DNA of 64,000 nt, taken from contig NIVC01001827.1 in NCBI GenBank assembly GCA_002269645.1, positions 186,001 through 250,000 of the forward strand, read 5' to 3'. Origin of the DNA: Macrostomum lignano. Lineage: Eukaryota. This document shows, piece by piece, positions 53,665 through 64,000 of this stretch. Positions within the stretch are counted from its first letter, which is position 1, and each line of letters begins with the position of its first letter. Made by a program: the position numbers and the translations under genes. The notes beneath the pieces were generated by a model that was given only the letters and a program-made list of their open reading frames with translations, was not told the DNA's origin and did not search any database.

Positions 53665-54415
53665 CAGATACGGCCGCTACAGAGCCGATAATGAAGCCCG
53701 GGCCGCCCTTGGGCACAATGTCCCCGTAGCCCACTGTAGTCAGCGTCACAATGCTCCACCAGAACGCCTGCGGTATGTCCGAGAAAGTGTCGTACTGATT
53801 GTACTCGGCCATGTACACCATGGAGCTGAACAGGAACATGCCGTTCATCAGCAGGAAGCCCAGCAGCACCAGCTCCGGGATCGACTTCTTCACCGTCAGC
53901 ATCAGGACTCGGAGGCCTCGACTGATTTTGCTGATCTTGAAGACGCGCAATATGCGCAGCGCCTGTGACATGAACAGCACGTTGAGCCACCAGAGGTCCA
54001 CTCCGGCCGACTGCTCCTGCATCGAGGCACGCAGCTCGTCAGCACCCAGACGATAGTAGTAGAAGAATGTCAGGGAAACGTAGATCCAGTAGGAGCCCAG
54101 GATGATGATGTCCATGAGGGAGATTGGCGAGCGCAGAAACTTCGGCTTGTCAGGCGCGACAACCAGCTTGATGACGAACTCAAATGTGAATATGGCATTG
54201 AGAGTGACGTCCACTACTACTAAGCTTTTCATCGTCTCGGTTTCGCAGTCTTTGCGGAACTTTGGATTCCATCTGCGCGACTCGTTGTTGCACGGCCCCT
54301 CGGTGGTGTTGCCCAGGTACACCTTCGAGCTCGGCGTGCGGAATGCCGTGTGCGTCTGCAGGCAGTAGCACATCACGCTGCAGATCATGAGCAGCAGGAG
54401 CAGCATCGCCCACAG
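53665..54415 (-). CDS. Shaw/Kv3-like channel, exon 2 (S1-S5, pore, start of S6)
   Basis: S4 ALRILRVFKISKISRGLRVL and pore AFWWSIVTLTTVGYGDIVPK; ttcag| acceptor and G|gtgag donor. Confidence 0.93.
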
Positions 54416-55218
54416 CTGAAACAGATCAAGCGGACAATGCAGATAAAGTTCATACAGTGAGTCCTCTGCTCTCTCAATCTAGTAGCGACGTGAGCAGGAA
54501 GGATCATCGGTCATGATTCCAAGAGATCAAAATGAACCCCCCCCCCAACTGGTTCCATGAACACAACGACTCACTAAATATGAAGGCAACGCTTGGTTTT
54601 CTAAAAACATGAATCCTTTGGATCAGGGGCAGAGGCCTGACCGAGGGCGGTCGTGCGACGCACACCCACAAGGGCCGCCCCCGAAGGCACAGAGAGTGTA
54701 CATGCCTGCCGGTTAGAAAGTCAGGGCTTCTGTACATCCTGTGTGAACAGTGCATGAGTCCGCGCGCTTGTATCTCAGCTCCTATGTGCTCAGGAGCCAG
54801 CGGAATGGACAGAATCGACCCAGCACTGGTTGTGGGACGTTGCTTTCCAGAATTGTAGGAAATTATTGACCATTTGCAGTGTCTTCTTTTGCACGTCTTG
54901 CTGCTCAAAATGTAAATGGTTCCAAAGGGCAGATTTTTGCTTAAATTATCGATTCAACGCCTTGACAAACATGTCGAATTCTCTCTCCGATGAATGCTGC
55001 AGGATAGTTTGAGCTCCCAAAGGGGTGCACTGCGACGCCTCTAGAGACAAAGTTACTTTTTGCTATGTAGATTTGTATAGTCTAGCAAAGGAGGAATTTT
55101 GCCAAATCGGAATGTAAATAGCTGGGTCGCTATTTGCATATCTGCGGTGAAGCCCCAGCATCGAGTGTTTTCTAATTAATTTAACGTCGACCACAGATAC
55201 TAGAATAACTAGATTGGC

Positions 55219-55532
55219 CACTCAGCACATTTGCGTGTAAGCTACTTTCTGTTAAGTAGTAAGTTAAACTGAAGCATTTTAATGTATTTTAAAAGCCAAG
55301 GCTTCTTTATTGGTTCTTAACCCCCCAGATTAAACCCTCCAAGCGTGCCCTTCCACCCTACCCCTCCACACGACTCCAATTTATATTGCCTTTCTCGGAA
55401 TTCCAGTCTAAAGCTGCCATGTACATTTCAGTGACTGGCTAATGTACATTATTGCTGAACCAATTAGCAAGCTGTTTAACGCCTGCGAACTTGGGCTTCT
55501 AAACCTATCAAAGTCATTTCAGCTGCCTTTAT
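55219..55532. repeat. Dispersed ~330-bp repeat, copy B (see 26562-26888)
   Basis: Alignable by eye along its full length. Confidence 0.85.
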
Positions 55533-58500
55533 AAAATAGCTTATGTATTCTTCTTTGCTACTGAACTGAAATTAGAAAGCTGTTTTATTCAAACACTAAG
55601 AATATACGACGTATATGCCCTGAGTGGCCCATCTAGTTATTTTAGTATCTGTGGCGTCGACTGACCAAGAAAAACCACAGAAGAATATTCTGTGACAAAA
55701 ACTGCTTTAAATGCGAGTCAACGTTTGCTTTTTTTTGAATACTGACTTGCTATTTCGAAAAAGGAACCAACTCTATATAGATTTCCGTGCGTTGTCACAG
55801 AGTGAAAGGTGGAGTTAAGGTGGCCAGGTAGGACACTGTTTGGCACTTTGGTCCAGACCGCAACCTCTTTACCGGGTCTCGTGTTACCGCCCAACTAACT
55901 GTTCTAATAGATAGCGGCCTGACTGCCGGAGAAAGATGGAGAGCCTTAGTTACAACAGAGAAGTCAACCGGAAGATTGAAGGTAAATAAGGACGGATGAG
56001 CTTCTTGGTGTGAAGTGCATGCACCTGGGGCCCGACCGAATGGCTTGACCTGAGCTTCCCGCTGCAATTACAGCTTGGCTAAAAGAAAAAGTTACCATGC
56101 TACGCAGGCAAGCAGCCGATAAAAGAGCCAAATTCCTCATTACCAGTGAATGCGAGGACAAAAGCATCTAAGTTGGTGTTGGGGGGGATGGACGAGCTAA
56201 ATGGTTACGGAGCAGCAGTAGCCAAGCTAAATTTTACTATGGCTAAATAGGACAAAAGCAGCTCTGTCTGCTCGGTATGCTTGTGTCCTTGCATCTCTAA
56301 CACGCGCAAACAGACACACATTGGCAATTTGCAAACTTGCGCACGCATGAAAACGCGAGCCGAGGCAATGCAGCTGGGTAGGGGCGCATCTTTGGTAATA
56401 AATGCATGCAAACTCTTGCTTGCGCCATCTCTGTTTCCTTGTCCCAAAAGCCGGTCTGAGATGCCTCGCCAGCTCCCTCTCTTCCAGCCCCCGAGGCGAA
56501 AGAGGCAACGAAGGGAGTAAAGTAATTCCAATAGCGCGATACCAGCCTCCGTTAAGGCTCGTTCGAGTGCACTTTTCCATGGAGCTGCAAACAGGAGTCA
56601 GCCTGCAGCGCGGCGCAGGGATTGTAGCTGAGGAACGGTGGATCGGGAGTGTCTCAGTGTCATGTTCAATAAGGCGTCCATCTGGGCAGCCCCCTGCCAC
56701 TGGCGGATCGGGATAGTTAGGCCGGTGGGCGGGCAGCGGGGCCGCAATTCAATTACCGCGCGAGACTCCTCATTACCAGCATTTGCTTCAGCTGTTGACC
56801 CGGGGATTCCCCGGCCACTGGCTGACGCGTTGGGTAAGGGGGTGGCGGAGTGAGCTGAGAGTGAAAGTGAAGGAGAGAGCGGAGACAGTCACATCCATGC
56901 CGTCGCTAGGGACTGTATTGAAAGGCAAGGCAAGAGATTTTGGCTCGAAGGATTCTTCCAGGGAGTCTCGAACTACAGAGGAGCCACAGCAGGCACCTCA
57001 ACCGGCTTGCTTGAATGAAAATAAAAAATCGAATGCCCCCAGATCCCACTTCCACTGCCAAAAAGCCCCTACTTTCTTACACAACGCACGAATTCCTGAT
57101 GAATTTTCTGCCCCAGAAGTCCCAGACAATTTGGTCTAAACTTTCCACAATTCTTCAGTGTAACATTTCTGTCTGTCTTTTATAGCTGGCCCCTCCCGGA
57201 GACCGGAGAGCGCTCGATCCGATTTCGAATTAAAAATCGATGCAAGCCGAATCCCGTTACGGGAGGGCACGGCCCCTGTGTGCTCTTTTTACTACACGCA
57301 TTCCCTCTTTTATCTTCCCGGTCTGAGCCGCCAAACTAATTTCGTCAATTTCGCTTCCCTCTAGCTGGCGCAGAAAACTGCACGAAGCGCGCATGCTGGT
57401 CTATCCAGCTGCTTCCTTCTGCCGCTGCAGCAGCATCTGGAGTCCATTGACTTGCTTGAAAGCAAGACTCACTCTCTCCAAGCTCCTCGCAGCCAGTAGC
57501 AAAATCTGAGTAGGCGCTACTTTTGTTTCTGAGAAGCAATTTTCTTTTGAGTAGAAACTGCACTCAAAGAAACTGTGTGAGCAGGCACCGGTGCGGCGCA
57601 TCTGTCGGTTGGGAGAATTTCCCACTGCAATCATCGCGTTCTCGCATTTCGATTGCAGCCAATATCATTCAGTTCCGCTCACTGGATCTTGCTAATTGTC
57701 TTCCAGAAAGTTCCCCATTTTCCTGATTGCTTTATTGAGCTTCGAAATCGAAACCAGGGTCGAACATCGCGGAATCGAGCGAAATTCAAGCGTAAACTTG
57801 CAGCTTTTCACTGTTGAAAACGCACCATTTGATGCTAGATCATAATGCAAATACATTTATTGCCAGTTTTCTAAATATTTTTATTGAATATTTTTTTATC
57901 TCAGAATTCAGCCGACCAACTGCTGCTCAATCTACTCCCACAGGAGGCTGGACTAGCGTCATCATTCTCATTCCTCAGCATCCGAATCAGCTAAGATGCG
58001 TGCCCGATCTTAACAGAACAGTTCTTTTTTGTCAGCAAAAAACATGAAAGGCTGCCCAGAAAGGCAATGAAACTCACTCAAATAGGAAATCAGATGAGTC
58101 TAAACTCTCGGTGGGTCAATTGACTGCTTGAGGAATTATTAATAATATATTTATTATTTTCAACTGCGCAGAAAAGTTCCTTGGGATCCCCAGCCCCCGG
58201 GGCAGACCGCCAACAACATTTGACGCGAGCTGCTCCCGTCCCAGGTGCTGTCAAGATGCGCTAGAAGAGGATCTCGGGATCATCACCTGCTGCTGCAGAT
58301 CTTGGCGGAAGCAAATTTTCTCTATTGGGGAGATTTGCAACTGTCGGAGCTCGGCTTGATCGAGCGGGGGGGGAGGCGAGAGGGGAGAAGGGAAACGAAT
58401 GGCTTAGTTAGGGATGCCGATTCCCCGGGGGGGGGGAATTTTTGATTCCAGGAAAAGCGGAACGTTTTCGAGTCGCGCAACTGGGGGGAGCTGCAATCGT

Positions 58501-58761
58501 CAGTGAAAAGCTGCTGAACTTTGTCTGAATTATGCATGCGGGCACGGCAAATACTCTGTTTGAGCATACTGCCTTCGCATCTCGCGCTCTCGGCTAGAGA
58601 TGAGAGCCAAACTGATTTGGAATTAATTTGTGCCCCACCCCCCTAAGTCTCTCTCAGCTCCATTCGGAATTCTCCGTTCCAAACTCTGTTTTCAGTACAC
58701 AGATGGATGTCTGCAACAACAGAAACTCGGTAGAGCAGAGCCATCAATCATGGGGAATGGC

Positions 58762-59260
58762 TAGGGAATGCAAGCCCAGGATCTTGGGACAGTATCTCGG
58801 GTTTACAAACCAGGGATCCCGGGACAAAACCCCGGGTTTCCAATCCAGGGATTCCGGGACAAAATAACGGGTTTCCAATCCAGGGATACCGGGACAAAAA
58901 TCCAACTTTTCAATCCAGGGATCCCGGGACAAAAACCCGGGTTTCCAATCCAGGGATCCCGGGACAAAATCTTCATATTTTCAGTTCCGAGATTCTGCGA
59001 CAAAATCCCGCGTTTTCAGTTCTTAGAACCTAGGATAAAATCCCGCGTTTTCAGTTCCGGGATCCCAATACAAAATCCCGGGTTTTAAATTCTGGGATTA
59101 AATAAAAAAGGATTAAATATTTTCCGGGATCGCTAGGACCCGGGATTAGAAAAAACACCGTTACTACTGGATTTGAAAATCCCGGTATTATAAAAGTCCA
59201 GGAAATTGACATCCCGAGAATCCCGGGATGGTAAAAAAGGTCGGGAAATTGGAGTCCCTG
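58762..59260. repeat. cccggg-rich repeated element (~35-bp units) with imperfect TAGGGA/CAGGGA termini; MITE-like
   Basis: atcccgggacaaaaacccgggtttccaatccaggg units; ends tagggaatgcaa vs cagggactccaa; no TSD found. Confidence 0.55.
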
Positions 59261-59700
59261 CAACAGGTCTCAAAGATTTTCGCTCATCTATTGCTGCCTG
59301 CAATAAAGCTGTTGATAGTCAGAACAATAATTATTTTTAGCAGGTAAATGAAAATTGAGTGATTGTTGGCCCTAACAATGGACCCCAACCCTTGCCCTTG
59401 CCCTAAACTGAAATTTATTTAAGAATTATGAACCAGTTTATTGTTCTTGATAATAACCACTTTCCTTGCTCTAAAGGTTTTATCACTCAAACTAATGGAG
59501 TTCTGAACAAATGCAATGTCTCAAGGTCTGGTGAAAATAGATTGTTAGATTTCATTTTTAATTGAAATTTTCATAGAAGATTTCCAACAAAAACAGGCAG
59601 GACAGGGCATGGAAAAGTAGCGAGTTAGCAGCAGCAGCAGCAGCCTGCGATTTGAGTAGCAATTTCTGTCTGCTAAAAGCAACCGGATAAATTCGCTCAC

Positions 59701-60168
59701 CTTGGCCGGCAGAGAGGAGGTTGGATAATCGAGGAACAGCCATAGCTGGTAGCGCAACCGGCGAATGCCGCGGCTGCACCCGACCAGAGACTGCATCGGC
59801 TGGATGTCCTCGAAGCAGTCCTTGAACAGCGTGTTCTTCGTCCGCTTCTCCTCGTCGAAGCGCATGTAGTGCGGCAGGCAGCAGGGCCAGATGCTGCTTT
59901 CGTAGATGCCCCAGAAGATGAGCTCCTTGCGCACGAACGGGCCGCAGATGTTCGTCGGCAGGTGCAGCTCGCCGGTGCGATAAAAGTCCAAGATGAAGCG
60001 GAACACCTCGGGATCCCGATCGAAAAAGTACGTATCCCTCTGCATCTCGTCGGCCGCGATTTGCGTGTACAGTCTGGTGTTCGGGAACCGGTACAGAGTG
60101 GCCCGGCGGGTCACGAAGTTGCAGCCGCCAACCGTGATGGTCACGGTGTCTGCCGGATTCACCGCCAT
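59701..60168 (-). CDS. Shaw/Kv3-like channel, exon 1 (T1/BTB tetramerisation domain)
   Basis: YFFDRDPEVFRFILDFYRTGELHLPTNICGPFVRKELIFWGI...PCC resembles the Shaw T1 domain; donor AAG|gtgag. Joined CDS from ATG 60168 is 510 aa. An acceptor at 60222 with an open frame allows an upstream coding exon. Confidence 0.9.
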
Positions 60169-60709
60169 GCTGAGAGGGCTGCTTGCGTAGTTGCGGCACA
60201 CAGGCAAAGCGGCTGTTGCTACTAAAAGAGGGTAGCCCCCACCCCCCCTGGCTAGGTTATCTTCCCTGCTGAGGGGAGAAGGAGCGAGGGATTCGGTGAT
60301 TGGCCAGCAGAGGCTTGGCTTCGCTTTTCAAACTCCTGTCCGTCTGCACTGGAGCAGAGGCTCACTGGGCAGCTGTTTAAACGATAAACTGATAACACTG
60401 ACCTGTGCTGATCAAGCACGAAGTTTGCCTATGAGGATGCTGTGCCAGGCCGGTGTCTTGATTAAAACTAGGCTGTCCGGACGCCATGCTTGGCTTTCAC
60501 GGAGGCACGGACTTTTCCAAGTTAATTACGGCAGGGTGAAGGAAGGCCGAATCCCGAGATCTCTTCTGGTGCAGCAGGGGGGTTGCTTGAAAATTTCTGC
60601 GAGCAAAGAACCCGCTTATCAGCGGTGTCGGAAGATATCTATAAATAGTGAATTTCATACATAACTATAGCATACAGATTGTTAAATGGTGAATCGAGAA
60701 TAATCAACT

Positions 60710-61855
60710 AAAAATTGGTGAATGGAGAACCCACATTTTGAGACACTGTGAAACGGGAATTGGTGAATGGAGAGACACTGTGAAACGGGAATTGGTGAAT
60801 GGAGAGACACTGTGAAACGGGAATTGGTGAATAGAGAACCAACGGAGTGAGACACTGTGAAACGGGAATTGGTGAATGGAGAAACAACAGAATGAGACAC
60901 TTTGAAACGGTGTCTATAGGTGAATAGAGAACCAACGGAGTGAGACACTGTGAAACTGGAATTGGTGAATGGAGAGACACTGTGAAACGGGAATTGGTGA
61001 ATGGAGAGACACTGTGAAACGGGAATTGGTGAATCAGCGGTGATAGAATTGGTGAATGGAGAATTGATAGATTGAGACACGGTGATAGAATTGGTGAATG
61101 GAGAATTAATAGATTGAGACACGGTGATAGAATTGGTGAATGGAGAATTGATAGATTGAGACACGGTGATGGAATTGGTGAATGGAGAATTGATAGATTG
61201 AGACACGGTGATAGAATTGGTGAATGGAGAATTGATAGATTGACCACGGTGATAGAATTGGTGAATGGAGAATTGATAGATTGAGACACGGTGATAGAAT
61301 TGGTGAATGGAGAATTAATAGATTGAGACACGGTGATAGAATTGGTGAATGGAGAATTGATAGATTGAGACACGGTGATAGAATTGGTGAATGGAGAATT
61401 AATAGATTGAGACACGGTGATAGAATTGGTGAATGGAGAATTGATAGATTGAGACACGGTGATAGAATTGGTGAATGGAGAATTGATAGATTGAGACACG
61501 GTGATAGAATTGGTGAATGGAGAATTGATAGATTGAGACACGGTGATAGAATTGGTGAATGGAGAATTGATAGATTGAGACACGGTGATAGAATTGGTGA
61601 ATGGAGAATTGATAGATTGAGACACGGTGATAGAATTGGTGAATGGAGAATTGATAGATTGAGACACGGTGATAGAATTGGTGAATGGAGAATTGATAGA
61701 TTGAGACACGGTGATAGAATTGGTGAATGGAGAATTGATAGATTGAGACACGGTGATAGAATTGGTGAATGGAGAATTAATAGATTGAGACACGGTGATA
61801 GAATTGGTGAATGGAGAATTGATAGATTGAGACACGGTGATAGAATTGGTGAATT
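60710..61855. repeat. Compound minisatellite: ~32-bp variants, then a 42-bp unit (gagacacggtgatagaattggtgaatggagaattgatagatt)
   Basis: Tandem units sharing a gaattggtgaatggaga core. Confidence 0.95.
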
Positions 61856-62419
61856 GGCGAGTCAGCAAGTCAGTTTAACGAGGAGTGACAAGGTGCTGGA
61901 ATCAATAAGAAAAAGCTGATGATGAAATGACAGGCTGAGGCTAATCTTGTACTAAAAAAAATAGTCCCATTTAAACAAAACAACACGATTTCTGCATCCT
62001 TCTTTCCTCACCTTTGCCTCGTTGTTGACGCCTCTCGCAGCGCCAGCTGACTCGCCGCCTTGACTGACAGCTTCTGAACAGGCATCCCTCAAAAATCTTT
62101 ACCTGGAAGCAGAAACTCTCGGCTCCTCCCGGGGTTCTGTTTGTGCCAATTTTTTCCCACTTTCTTTTCTTTTCATTCCTTCGTTTCGTTGCGTTTGCGG
62201 CGTAGTGCGCGTCCAAAAAATCTCCGGTGTTGCTTTTGTTTATCTCTCGGTTCGCTCCGGCTTTAGAATTCTTTTATTACGGATGGACTTTCAGGACATG
62301 TAGCCATGCTAATAAATTTTGAAGAGAACAATAGCAATCCGGCCCTCGGGTCCTTTGAAACTTCACAGTGGCAATCCGGCCCGCTCAAGGTTTGTCTCTG
62401 CTCAGCTGTTTTCTCTCCC

Positions 62420-62860
62420 TATTTTCTTCTTTCTTTTCTCTCTCTCCTCTCTCCTCCCATCTCCTCTTCTCTCTCCTCTCATCTCATCTCCTCTCTCCTC
62501 TCCTCTCCTCCCCTTCTCTCATCTCCTTTTTTCTCTCCCTCTCGTCTCTCCTCTCTTTTCTCTCTCTTCTCTCACATCGCATCTTTCATCTCGCCTCTCT
62601 CTCTTCTCTCCTCTCTCTTCTCTCTCTCCTCTCTACTCTCTCTTCTCCTCTCTCCTCCCATCTTCTCTTCTCTCTCCTCTCCTCTCATCTCCTCTCTCCT
62701 CTCCTCTCCTCCCCTTCTCTCATCTCCTTTTTTCTCTCCCTCTCGTCTCTCCTCTCTTATCTCTCTCTTCTCTCACATCGCATCTTTCATCTCGCCTCTC
62801 TCTCTTCTCTCCTCTCTTCTGTTATCTCTTATCTCCTCTTCTTTCACACTCTCTCTCCTT
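62420..62860. repeat. CT-rich low-complexity tract with an internal ~170-bp duplication
   Basis: Polypyrimidine sequence; cacatcgcatctttcatctcgcc occurs twice. Confidence 0.9.
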
Positions 62861-63274
62861 TCCACTCCCATCTGGCCAGGATGCTTTATCTGGCTACAAC
62901 CTCCTAGGCTCTGGGAAAAGCTTCCTTTTTATTTTTTCCGTCAACACTCACTGTCATCTGCTATAATAAGTAGTATAGTAAGCACTTTGCCTTCAATAGT
63001 TAGTCTACATTTTACTTTCTTAGCTATTATTATCGATATTATAGCAATCACTGGCGCCTGTCCCAGACTGTCCAAAACAAAAAACAAAACTTTCGTAGAG
63101 GCAGGAGCAGAAATTTCCATTTCCTAATTACATCCGGTTTATAATGAAGAGCCCATTACAGTCACACTAATTATATTAAGTATGGGGTGGCTTCAGCTAT
63201 CTCCAGGACACGGCATTGTGGAAATGATTCAACGACCGCCAAACGTTAAGGAACTCTGTTTTCAACCGGAACCC

Positions 63275-63830
63275 CTGGCACCCAATACCCCTGAACTGGC
63301 ACCCAATACCCCTGAACTGGCACCCAATACCCCTGAACTGGCACCCAATACCCCTGAACTGGCACCCACTACCCCTGAACTGGCACCCAATACCCCTGAA
63401 CTGGCACCCAATACCCCTGAACTGGAACCCAATACCCCTGAACTGGCACCCAATACCCCTGAACTGGCACCCAATACCCCTGAACTGGCACCCAATACCC
63501 CTGAACTGGCACCCATGATCCCTGAACTGGCACCCATGATCCCTGAACTGGCACCCATGATCCCTGAACTGGAGCCCATGATCCCTGAACTGGCACCCAA
63601 TACCCCAGAACTGGCACCCATGATCCCTGAACTGGCACCCAATACCCCAGAACTGGCACCCATGATCCCTGAACTGGCACCCATGATCCCTGAACTGGCA
63701 CCCATGATCCCTGAACTGGAGCCCATGATCCCTGAACTGGCACCCATGATCCCTGAACTGGCACCCATGATCCCTGAACTGGAGCCCATGATCCCTGAAC
63801 TGGAGCCCATGATAACTGAACTGGCGCCAA
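63275..63830. repeat. 21-bp minisatellite (gaactggcacccaatacccct / gaactggcacccatgatccct)
   Basis: One variant dominates the 5' half and the other the 3' half. Confidence 0.95.
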
Positions 63831-64000
63831 AGTTACATCAAAACCAGCACCAGTACCCCTAAACTGGTACCAAAAAAACTGACCCCAATGACCTCAGTAT
63901 GGGTACGTACATGTAATCACGGCTGTGGTATCCGTGACCAGCCACAGTATTATACCTATAAGCTGCTGTGTTGCTGTGTGATCCTAGTAATAAAAAAATT

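Noticed and set aside
60708-61919. 386-aa and 212-aa repetitive ORFs
   Set aside because: Translations of the 42-bp minisatellite, open on both strands.
62306-63127. Ser/Leu-rich 273-aa ORF
   Set aside because: CT low-complexity tract.
63182-63862. (PELAPNT/PELAPMI)n 226-aa ORF
   Set aside because: 21-bp unit open on both strands with no unique domain or splice context; treated as non-coding unless transcripts or peptides are found.

Overview
Eukaryotic (animal) genomic DNA, not prokaryotic: GC-rich coding exons, GT-AG introns, AT-rich intergenic DNA and many minisatellites. The style of genes and repeats suggests a free-living flatworm such as Macrostomum (inference only). Seven protein-coding genes are supported: SPRYD7-like (2 exons, -), two near-identical tandem ZMIZ/Zimp SP-RING genes (-), an RNF25-like RWD + RING-H2 E3 ligase with an RGG-rich tail (3 exons, -), an intronless divergent SLC15/POT transporter (+), an 8-exon SLC6 glycine/proline-type transporter (+), and a 3-exon Shaw/Kv3-like K+ channel (-). 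The rest is transposon-derived or tandemly repeated: a full-length dead mariner, an RTE RT fragment, an I-group LINE 3' fragment, an LTR with a doubled tRNA-Leu PBS, and about 18 tandem arrays. The most notable signal is a set of six TIR elements with 8-bp TSDs, mostly of the form GT-N4-AY. One carries a P-element transposase remnant and shares terminal sequence with two of the MITEs, pointing to a P-superfamily MITE system. Also notable are apparent gene conversion between the ZMIZ copies and substitutions at canonical functional motifs in all three membrane proteins. All coordinates and comparisons were made by eye.
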